Assembly (NCBI RefSeq): GCF_000014785.1
Contig: NC_008340.1
Location: forward strand, 1,200,001 to 1,232,000
From: Alkalilimnicola ehrlichii MLHE-1
Lineage (GTDB): Bacteria > Pseudomonadota > Gammaproteobacteria > Nitrococcales > Halorhodospiraceae
Reading direction: 5' to 3'
DNA length: 32,000 nt
Numbering within the stretch: position 1 is the first letter of the stretch; each line of letters begins with the position of its first letter. Shown one piece after another: positions 12,001 through 17,165 of this stretch. Position numbers and translations under genes: made by a program. Under the pieces are notes generated by a model. That model was given only the letters and a program-made list of their open reading frames with translations, made no database searches and was not told where the DNA came from.

Positions 12001-15000
12001 CCACCGGTGGTGATGTGGTCGTCCGGGCGGATGCGGTGGAGGGTGGTGGCGAGGTCCGGTTGGGCCCGGACCTGGAGGCCATCTTCAGCGACTTCGCCGG
12101 TGGGGATCTCAACCAGGTGCCGGCCGAGTTCCTGGAGCCGGGCGGGCCGAGCATTCGCATCCTGGTGGAGTCCAACGAGTGGCTGCAGGTCAACGACCTG
12201 ATCATCGACGACCGCCGTGACGGCAGCATCACCATCGCCCAGGAGAGCGGCGCCTTCGGCGGTATCGCCGTGCCGACCCGGGTCTCCGGGGTGGGTGAAC
12301 TGCCAAGCGGGCTTCGCTACGACACCGGCGGGGTGGAGGCCACCCCGGAGATCCGCGTGGTGCACCAGTTCGAGGTCCCGCCCCAGGAGGACCACCTCTA
12401 CACCAACCCGGAGATCCGCCTGGGCCACGAGCCGGACCCCGCCGACCAACTGGAAGGCGAGTCGGTGACCGCCCGCATCATCAACCCGCGCGGTCTGGTG
12501 CAGGTGGGCAACCAGGCCGGCAGCATTATCTCCTCGGCCAGCATCGAAGCCGCCGCGGTGGAGATCGTCGCCGGTGGTAATTTCGTGCAGAACTGGATTC
12601 CCGGGTTCTTCCACGCCGGCGGGCAGCCCGAGGCCGCCGGCGAGGCCAGCCGCATCCTGGCCGGGGGCGACATCTACATCAGCGCCGAGCACATCAATGT
12701 CAATGGCCTGATCCAGAGCGGGTTCGACGAGTGGACGCTGGATTTCTCCTCCGACCTGCTGGGGAATGCCGGGACCACCCTCGATTTCGACGCCGACAAG
12801 GGCCACAGCCTGGGTGATTACCTGGAGTGGTACGGCAAGGGTTATCGTGCCACCAAGGAGGTGGAGGAGGCCCCGATACCCTTCTGGGCGCAGTTCTTGC
12901 CGCCCTCCATTTGGCACCTGCTGGGCTATGGCTTCGCCCCCGACGTCGACGCGGCGGATGTGCCGGACGATTTCCGCACCGCCTACAACGCCGGCCGTAG
13001 CGGTGAGCAGTTCCTGCAGCTGACCGGCGGCGAGGGCTTCGACGTGGAACTCGGCACCGTGGCCAGCTTCTACGATGCCGAGGCCGACCGCATCGACATC
13101 CAGCGCGCCGCCGTGGGCGGTGGCTACATCTTCCTGGCGGGCGACGTGGTGAGCACCGGCGGAGGCGAGATCCGGGCCTTGTCGGGTTTCGGTGAGATCC
13201 GGGTGGATACCACCGGCGGCGGGGAGGACGCCTTCCGTACTCACCAGGATGTGGTGCTCTATGACCTGGACGCCGGGACCCAACCCCATGCGCCCAGTTT
13301 CGACCTGCCCGAGGAGGAGCTGATTTCTGCGGAGGGCCTAGCGCCCTGCCGGCCCTGCGTGAGGATCTGGGATACCGCCAAGCGTGACGGCGAGGGCAAC
13401 CCCATCGAGACCGTCTTCCAGCACGACTGGAACCCGGACCCAGCGGCCCCGGACGGGAGCTTCGGCACCATCGCCAAGACCGTCTCCCGGCTCGACCGCG
13501 AGCAGCGTGACGATGACTTCTTCCTGCTGCGCACCGTGGTCGACGAGGATGACCCCTTCTATGGCCAGGAGCAGGACGCAGGCTTCGGCCCCCGTCCGGG
13601 GGCCACCGCGCAGTACCTGCCCCGCGAAGGGATGCGCTACCTCTACGGCGACAGCGTGGATGAAGACTCCGGGCGGCTGCTGTTCCCGGACGACGATGTG
13701 CCGTCAGGGCCGGGCTATCAGTCCATGCGGGCGGACCGGGCTATCGACGTCGGGTTCATCGGCAACCCGGTGGGTACCATCGACATCAAGAGCATCGGTG
13801 ACGTGATCATCGACGGCAGTGTGCGCAACCCCCAGGGGCTGACCACGGTGGAGACCGTCGGTAGCATCCGGGAGCCGGAGCAGGGCGGGCTGTTGCAGGG
13901 TCGCCAGCTCACTCTGGAGGCCGGTGGCGCCGTCGGCAGTGAGGGCGCCCCGCTGCGGGTGATCGTGGGTGACGGCGAGGTCACGCCGGACGATGCCTGG
14001 CTGGTGGCCCTGGCCGGGGATGGCGGGGTCTTCCTGGACGGCCTGCGCGGCGATCTGCCGGTGCGCGAGGTGGGGACGCTCAGCGGCCATACCGTGGACA
14101 TCGACGCGGCCCGTCACTTGATCGACCGCGGCACCGCCCCCGACCGGCCCACGGTCTACGGCGCCCGGGTGCATCTGCGTGCCCGGGACGGCTCTATCGG
14201 TGGCAGGGAGCAGGGCGAATTCGTGCTGCCGCTGACCATCGCCTCCGGGGTCGGGGTTGTGGTGGACGATCCGGACGCGCTGCCGGATTGGCTGAACCTT
14301 CCGCTGGGCAGCGCCAACGTAACCGCCCGCGCCGCCGGCCATGTCCTGCTCGCGGAAGATGCCCGCGGACTGGCCAGTGCCGGTGTGCCCGTCGACGGTG
14401 ACATTCACGTGGAGGCGCTCCGCGCCGCCGAAGGCGATGTCCGGCTCTTTATCGCCGACGGCAAGCTGATCAGCGCCATCGACGCCGAGCTCGATACCGA
14501 CCGCATGGTCCGCCTGGGCGAGATGTGGGACTCGCTGGGGATGCTCGACGACGGCTCGCCCAACAGCGGCGTAGCCCGCTTTGTCGAGGATCAGGTGGAG
14601 GCCTTCGAGGCCTCGGTGGAGAGCCGCTACCGTGACTGGTGGGAGCTGGACCGCCTGGCCGGGGAGGACGGCGGCTTCGACCTGGCCCCGGATCGGGCCC
14701 GCATTTACGCCCACCGGGCCGGCGTCGACGGCTCACCGGAGGCGTGGGACGAGACGGCGGACCCGCAGGGCGTGGCCGACAACACCGCCGCGGTCAATGC
14801 CTGGCTGGAGGGCCGTTACGGCGCGCTCAGCGATGAATTGGGCGAACTGCTGCTGGAGGGCAACGGCGACCAGTCCCTGGCGGACCTGGGTACGGTGGTC
14901 GAGGAACCGCTGGCCGAGGATCCGGCCACCGGGGAGATGCTGTTCTATGAACGGGTCGAGTTCGATTACCAGGCGCCGGACAGTGTCCGTGACCAGCTCG

Positions 15001-17165
15001 CGGAAGGGGCGGAGTGGACCGAGGAGCAGTTGCTCAACGTCCTCAGCGAGGACCGGATGCTGGAGACTGTGGACACCCAGTACCAGCGGGTGGAGACCAT
15101 TATCCAGGGGGAGAATGTGGCCATCGAGGCGCCGCGGGGTTCCATCGGCTCGTCTGACGACCCGCTCTGGATCCCGGCCCCCGAGGACGAGGACAGCAAC
15201 TTTGATTTCACCGAGGAGGAACGCGCCGCCCTGGTCAGCGCCCAGCCGGGCGATGTCCGGCTGATCGGCGAGGTGGTGTTGGTGGATGGCCAGGTCATGG
15301 ACCTGGGCGATTTCCTGCGCCTGCTCGGCACCGGGGGCCCCGGCGGGCTCACCCTGGAGGATCTCGACACGGTCGATTTCGACGGCATCGAGATCGAGCA
15401 GGTACGCTACGCCGGGGTCATCGCCACGGAGGGGGGGCAGTCGCACCATGCCGCCGATGACCTTGGCGGCGACATCTTCCTGGGTGTCCCCGGCACCAGC
15501 ATCGCCCTGGAGCGGCTCTGGGGTGGTGGCGACATCCGCGTGCGGGTCGGCGGCGGTATCGAAGCCCACGACGACCCGACACGGGGCGATGATCCGGAAG
15601 ATGCCATCATCCGCGGCGGTGCGGCGGGGGTGCTGCTGGAGGCGGCCGGCGGCGGCATCGGCGCCGAGGGGTTGCCGCTCACCACCGCGTTGGACCCCCG
15701 CGCCCTGATCACCGCCCGGGCCGTGGGCTCGGTGCACCTGCACGCCCTGGGCGGTAACCTGACCCTGGACAGTGTCTTCAGCGAGCAGGGCGATGCCGTG
15801 CTGGCTGCCGACCAGGGGCATATCGCCCGTTTGGCGCTGCCGGGCGCGCCGCTGGCGGACTTCGGCACCCTGGACATCGCCGCCGATGAGATCCGGCTGG
15901 ATGCCGGCACCTTTGTCGGCGCGGTGGATCGCGACGCCTTCCTGGCCCTGGACAGCACGGCTGAGCCGGGGGACCTGGAGGCGGTCACCGACGCCGCCAT
16001 GCGCCTGCGCCACGGTGACGACGCCCGGGTGACCGGTTCTGCCGGGGACCGCTTCCAGGTGTTCGCGCCGGAAGGGGGGCTGGTGGTCCGCGATGTGGAA
16101 GCCGGCGGCCGGGTCGTGGCCGGCGCCTGGGAGGATGTCACCCTGGAGCGGGTGACCAGCACCGCTGGCGACGGCGAGGCGGCCTTCGTCTTCAGCGAGA
16201 CGGGCTTCATCATCGGCAGCAATGAGGCCGGCCTGGAGGAACCGCTACACCTGCGGGCACTGGGCGGGGACGCCACCACGCGGTTGATCGCCCCGCTGGG
16301 CATCGGTCTGCCCGATGACTTCCTGTTCCTCGATGCCACCCGGATCAGCTCCGCCACCACCCTGGGCGGTCACGCCTTCCTCCACGGCACCACCGATTTG
16401 CGAGCCGATCTGATAGACGTGCCCACCGGGCGGTTGGAGGTGCGCGCGCCCCAGGCCATCGAAATCGATCGGTTGCGGGTTCACGACCGGGTGGACCTCA
16501 AGGGCGACGCCATCGAGGCGCACATCGAGCACACCGCCAACCCGGACCCGCTGCCGCTGGACGTGGTGGGCCTGGTCGAGCACTACGCATCGGAGGTGGA
16601 CCTGTCCGTGGACACCCCGGCCGATCTCATCGTCGAGCGGCTCTATGCCCGCCGCGCCCGATTGGAGACCAACACCACGCGAGTCGACATGCCGGACAAC
16701 GACATCTTCCACTGGTTGGAGGTGTTCACGCCGGAGGTCCACCTGTGGGCCGACAACCAGCGGCCCGACCGGCGCGACGTGGACGTCCAGCTCTATGAGC
16801 CGGGGTACCGCTTCTTTGTCGACCAGGACGGGCGGCACACCATCACCAACGCCTTCAGCGGCGCCTACCGGCCCGGCTACCGCCTGGAGCTGGTCAACTA
16901 TCAACCGGGCCGCGACCGCGCCCGTTTCGATGTGGATGGTCGCAGCATTGTGCGCGATGCCGGTCGGCTGGAGCAGCGCATCGTGCCGATCCCCGACACC
17001 CTGCCGGGGCTGCGGGCCTTCTGGCCGGACGACGAGGTCTCGGTGCAGGTGGTCGGTGCCGGCCTGCCGGGGGCGCCGCCCGACTTCCCGGTTAACCTGG
17101 ACTGGACCGGTCTGTTGCAGGGCGATGACGATCAATCCGGGGCAGAGGAGAATGGCGCTCAATGA
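1..17165 (+). CDS. Giant secreted filamentous exoprotein, TpsA-like / LktA-family-like beta-helical adhesin (5' partial, >5,718 aa)
   Basis: One uninterrupted frame runs from the window edge (codons in phase with nt 3/9) to TGA at 17163-17165. The true start and any N-terminal TPS secretion domain therefore lie upstream of the window. The translation is Gly/Ala/Val/Asp/Thr-rich with recurring beta-helix-like units (e.g. GAGKVALGAAVAYNEI). It has almost no Lys and only two Cys, as expected for type V secreted filamentous proteins. Its stop overlaps the start of a TpsB gene. The family call rests on motif recognition plus context, not on a search. Confidence 0.9.
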   Translation, partial: ALVPEGLEEVAESAIDSGLEAVDDELDNQDLPDFGLGLGLVDASAIVTLEDGAELDAGGNVNIHAEAQRTARAEAHADGDGLGGAFALASISGQTAVTVEEGASIVAGGDIDLRAASHNELVAEAVTEVGDGFDVGLGGSVALGFLQSEPEDGGTTVQVQEGATLAAGGDLGLSAFTEHDVTVDATTTLGSGGEAAFGATVAYLGLDWTTRTLLTGGAVADDTVEPPVGIVAGGDLRMVARTDQAIHTGASVETTGDISVGLAAAVAELNNTTRVVLDGTVRAGGDATLLAESITRAQHTVATTRAAEDADNNGGNGNDGPDEAADDQGTSDYVAGLVGDVDTGEPEETPGAGGNGGLALDIGAAVAYTDARDSASTTLGGNTQLLPPAGPLGPGGQVAIVSRRQLDNLSTRARSGTEATGPDGDDGANSINAAVSYARLDQIARTEIADGARIEAGRIGVGAEVDLPARVAWGDEDNEDGPGGLDDIAGADSDDLDDWLTSEASTSSETGGTVNIAGAVNLLDLTATAEALVGTGDDPTDVTTLHAVGDGGDWETELGGDTTWHWDDAVAVAARSRVETVDVAGQAAAAGTVGVGGGVNWHLRESTARARLAGSADISADTGGVSVSADRRDRAIVLTPIAGESDGGAVGLGASVAYARIDGTSQAQLDEGAMVAAGGALAVTAGGDLHAEILTASKTSGDATAGIAGTVAFADISLDTTAAVHGQPVDNALEVGDLYLHALDLQDYQVQASAEAQGDVAIGLAGAVLDTEAGTRALLYRDVTTDGDVVLIADSETTGRGVAASTRAETGEAGDNGNGENNTGDDRDLNTVDFVQQRGERGNEGVDDGLQDVAGDPGAGQSEEAGFDVNVGAAVAFTGADDSAGAHIGEAVTISGPGGGAAGDVAVLARRAESGYRGRAQTEVETAPEDDGVGVGVGAALTLTFMDNSAEALIGASAVVDAHRVGVAADVILPDHFEGPAWDGLETLRDLAQDDDDELTYDEAESNLLDMADGWLTTYANAAAESEDGVFDGAAAVNFARYNVNADAWIGEGAEVTAGGTAGDTGWSTELRPAQDNGDPALSRRWNEAITVSAGADVRTIDVAGNVGGLLTAGVAGDATVGIGAGFAWLERGGHVSAGIADHAVVSASHGQGTIGVHAERFDQSIGIAPSSGHGASFAGNGTVVVNRLDTDTVAAVSHAAAVDAAALTVSAGRDLRWWSVAGSITLAESVAVGVGISVNELRTDTRAVIGDVAGLRPAMAGGGDVTELDDTEQGITADQVTVAARSDGLVGSASIAGGAAGETGEPPATDNWTDSGLTNDVIGVTSDRTEGAEAPEDETIAEAVQSGTGEPAGALDEQEASADDLDEDGDLANPDPTQPDLETFPDEGADIPDAGADADSEETDLGVAVAGSASVNLSSLNTTALIEDVSLAARDADTTDVTASAVAAVDTIAVSGSGALVLGGNSSDPQVAIAGTVGVNLLGDHTRARLVDTRIEQPGQVTVEALRDGELISVGMGLAITASGSTKAAAVAGSVSLSDISNETAATIEGGTIGDPGSDPEPDDGSGVQVLAYDRSSIGTGGGSLFGGKGGGFGAAVTLAQVRNTIDAGILGTRITDVAEVTVDALSATRIISAGAVLGYGGKGAVGGAVVLNRIGNTTKAAIADRDDGDDVERAEITANERVRVRARSASDDERVALDDRIDAAGGGHVYNFSGEGTALAEPEAEGDRDWGDDSYETGGDEFAGEGGDQAEIDSGYDDAAEDARFDGGPLEGDAIVGVAGSISASGKASIGLAFSGNQIDNDYIAEVRGARIDGVDGELSVDAADRSRVIGLGVGGGASGKVAIAGSGAANLIGGEARATIGGSRAQADDGPVHLAEIDAGAVNLGADRGSRIDALAGNVAFSGKAGIGAAVAYNAIDTAVAAEINHADLALSGGDLSIDAGSSSDIYGVAVSGGGGGKVALNGSAIINFIDLDVSAGLGSSRVRDTGAVRITAGDHGAGGQAAIWSLAGAINGAGKVALGAAVAYNEIESRFAADITGADIEALGPVDVTAEVSGDINTLGAAGGGAGKVALGGAATVSRIDNTVTASLTGSRLYAPAALVTVAASQDSRIRALGAAIQGGGKVGGGAAVTVNQIGSGVTAEVTGGAPGLPAAIDDPAGGGDAEAHYHLGHLVVDARSDNEIQTIAAGAAAGGVGGVAGSVSTNLFGNRTKARIADGADVLAEGHVLVDAASSDNVALVAGSLGFGGKAFGAAGTVAVNIVESETHAWIGGEDPGDATVVVARAQQPGTVSGRDHRLHAIPGLVDKSDGENTFDDEDGVEIYDSEVDDAAEDRDGTGGGSTGGFSVEDEAGDYLLSRLVRDDDRGVDGVRVSARSDQTTSAALATAGISANVVKGGVGLAATALVNRIAGETTAGIRNSEVSSETDVAVSAGGHVHTRGLVIGAALGSVGASGAAVVDVVTRRTRAGIDDATVTAGGRIDVDAAGSQSTSGLAIGASGGTYASLAGGGVVSRLGAQTLAEVTGSRLEAGDVGVQADSDTGVTMLTGTVSVGAAAAAGSFNVAVVDAVTVARIADSDQDRSRLSVEGEVDVAAESLNRFGTIAASGAAGGTAIAGTLGLSLQQSVTQARIEGAAIGQGDDDVPAQVNVRARDHLEVGAFAGGASLGMGMGLGAAANVFSGQASVLAEVRDGAAIEAGAVSVSAERSAELSLYTATLGAGQTGFSAGVGVILLGVGAGEVTPTRGEDDIAEDDVEGGLERELNGNGGGTLDTANTFANFSFEGDPDNDANTEDDVGGSLSDDQRDSLESDLEFNLTESVIDGDDHQTVARIDASDLRADRVDVTADDRVATRNYVGSGALGGVGFGAAVGFTRVGNGVVAEIGGDGTLDVGELTIRAGHDDLGGGTAAETRAWAGAAGGIGLAAAYADADVTTGVRATLGPVNLQRDAADDAGVELTIDAFDHGGTYAETIGVAAGFVAGVGAAISRAARTSTVIAEVADDTAVGSDDEDSADFDLSLSAVSDGGVAVDGIALGAGVVGGGAAALALGEERSTVQARVGNGADLRLGDGALTLDALARPDVTADGVGVAAAVTGAIAAAVSRAYSSATVEAAVGDLDGPGGAAVQARAVDVRARSLPVGSYGAEAEAIAGSIAKGVAVSGSFAFATDTATVNAGLGPGADLTLGGDGLSVWAEADPAARARTHARTFAGGVAFGANLSQAASNAEVAAVVGDQASVRLADGVDEADFTIRAIANDDGSRTAYATGAVSGGALLVSANGGYARAYEQTAVDARIGTGATLDAGAGEVRLGADATPHARAVLASQSYGGALAIGAAITDARVAADVTAAIGDGTAILGGGDLTVHAHVARPAGADSAFARSEASSGALASANAALAEARNHARSRALTGAGVTLPGGVVSLRAENHSRQHGHSASESYGAFAAGMTVTRVESDTLTHAILGTDNQASDNDDRPDVVDVTTNASSHDHGFGQTATGGAIDGAAAEVHTFSTADNRAQVLGHHSDPLQVGVLNVRALQDTRFSGVVDTSRASVAGASGARLYHNANRVTGIVNVDEEREAFYGETSVVEAGIGDHADIRALYVDVIAEQAVERVADAGNDIRVAGGGVLGASAGRGATYIETITRAGIGTGATVNVELDLLVRAIEAITAEQVARLNTGNAIDIARAESVMHTDHQNDVIIGGNANITAGGDVVLSNATELDLVAHTRARTSGVASFARGNSEAEADVREGITVGNGARLASAGNVVMRTGLGDGGLPARKGVEADTYLYNKGALPLENDPRVHADLVVDSRIDVADNAVVEAGQDAYLIAPVGFRYRARGEGEGQDIYRRAAESIANFFRRLVRADEVSLAKEVRSEDLVRGSTITIDGQVVGAGGMHQYLWVRQGDDDDERILASPGVGYFFEERDVRGDLEALVGAYRDLLGEYVEPDPDDPEGSGLLFWRAAAQIETLAGRLAALGDEDDGPYDGGRAVPFIEVEDITATGGDVVVRADAVEGGGEVRLGPDLEAIFSDFAGGDLNQVPAEFLEPGGPSIRILVESNEWLQVNDLIIDDRRDGSITIAQESGAFGGIAVPTRVSGVGELPSGLRYDTGGVEATPEIRVVHQFEVPPQEDHLYTNPEIRLGHEPDPADQLEGESVTARIINPRGLVQVGNQAGSIISSASIEAAAVEIVAGGNFVQNWIPGFFHAGGQPEAAGEASRILAGGDIYISAEHINVNGLIQSGFDEWTLDFSSDLLGNAGTTLDFDADKGHSLGDYLEWYGKGYRATKEVEEAPIPFWAQFLPPSIWHLLGYGFAPDVDAADVPDDFRTAYNAGRSGEQFLQLTGGEGFDVELGTVASFYDAEADRIDIQRAAVGGGYIFLAGDVVSTGGGEIRALSGFGEIRVDTTGGGEDAFRTHQDVVLYDLDAGTQPHAPSFDLPEEELISAEGLAPCRPCVRIWDTAKRDGEGNPIETVFQHDWNPDPAAPDGSFGTIAKTVSRLDREQRDDDFFLLRTVVDEDDPFYGQEQDAGFGPRPGATAQYLPREGMRYLYGDSVDEDSGRLLFPDDDVPSGPGYQSMRADRAIDVGFIGNPVGTIDIKSIGDVIIDGSVRNPQGLTTVETVGSIREPEQGGLLQGRQLTLEAGGAVGSEGAPLRVIVGDGEVTPDDAWLVALAGDGGVFLDGLRGDLPVREVGTLSGHTVDIDAARHLIDRGTAPDRPTVYGARVHLRARDGSIGGREQGEFVLPLTIASGVGVVVDDPDALPDWLNLPLGSANVTARAAGHVLLAEDARGLASAGVPVDGDIHVEALRAAEGDVRLFIADGKLISAIDAELDTDRMVRLGEMWDSLGMLDDGSPNSGVARFVEDQVEAFEASVESRYRDWWELDRLAGEDGGFDLAPDRARIYAHRAGVDGSPEAWDETADPQGVADNTAAVNAWLEGRYGALSDELGELLLEGNGDQSLADLGTVVEEPLAEDPATGEMLFYERVEFDYQAPDSVRDQLAEGAEWTEEQLLNVLSEDRMLETVDTQYQRVETIIQGENVAIEAPRGSIGSSDDPLWIPAPEDEDSNFDFTEEERAALVSAQPGDVRLIGEVVLVDGQVMDLGDFLRLLGTGGPGGLTLEDLDTVDFDGIEIEQVRYAGVIATEGGQSHHAADDLGGDIFLGVPGTSIALERLWGGGDIRVRVGGGIEAHDDPTRGDDPEDAIIRGGAAGVLLEAAGGGIGAEGLPLTTALDPRALITARAVGSVHLHALGGNLTLDSVFSEQGDAVLAADQGHIARLALPGAPLADFGTLDIAADEIRLDAGTFVGAVDRDAFLALDSTAEPGDLEAVTDAAMRLRHGDDARVTGSAGDRFQVFAPEGGLVVRDVEAGGRVVAGAWEDVTLERVTSTAGDGEAAFVFSETGFIIGSNEAGLEEPLHLRALGGDATTRLIAPLGIGLPDDFLFLDATRISSATTLGGHAFLHGTTDLRADLIDVPTGRLEVRAPQAIEIDRLRVHDRVDLKGDAIEAHIEHTANPDPLPLDVVGLVEHYASEVDLSVDTPADLIVERLYARRARLETNTTRVDMPDNDIFHWLEVFTPEVHLWADNQRPDRRDVDVQLYEPGYRFFVDQDGRHTITNAFSGAYRPGYRLELVNYQPGRDRARFDVDGRSIVRDAGRLEQRIVPIPDTLPGLRAFWPDDEVSVQVVGAGLPGAPPDFPVNLDWTGLLQGDDDQSGAEENGAQ
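4767..6800 (+). repeat. Degenerate tandem ~54-codon coding repeats (G-G-K-x-x-x-G-x-A-x-x-x-N/x-x-I modules) inside the giant ORF
   Basis: In-frame Gly-Lys motifs have Lys codons at 4770, 4932, 5367, 5529, 5721, 5883, 6057, 6216, 6378 and 6753. Most spacings are 159-192 nt, and 162 nt is the commonest. Unit examples: FGGKGGGFGAAVTLAQV, YGGKGAVGGAVVLNRI, ASGKVAIAGSGAANLI, FSGKAGIGAAVAYNAI, GGGKVALNGSAIINFI, GAGKVALGAAVAYNEI, GAGKVALGGAATVSRI, GGGKVGGGAAVTVNQI, FGGKAFGAAGTVAVNI. The repeats are diverged at the DNA level. Confidence 0.8.

Noticed and set aside
9351-13289. A 1,312-aa minus-strand ORF, antisense to the giant gene.
   Set aside because: The explanation is the same codon-aligned shadow-frame effect (13287 is divisible by 3). 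The composition is implausible and no motifs are present.
16000-17165. Possibility that the giant protein is a CdiA-type contact-dependent inhibition toxin with a downstream immunity gene.
   Set aside because: I found no VENN or comparable pre-toxin motif anywhere in the translation. There is also no room for an immunity gene, because tpsB starts within the stop codon. A polymorphic toxin of another type is not excluded, but nothing in the sequence supports it.
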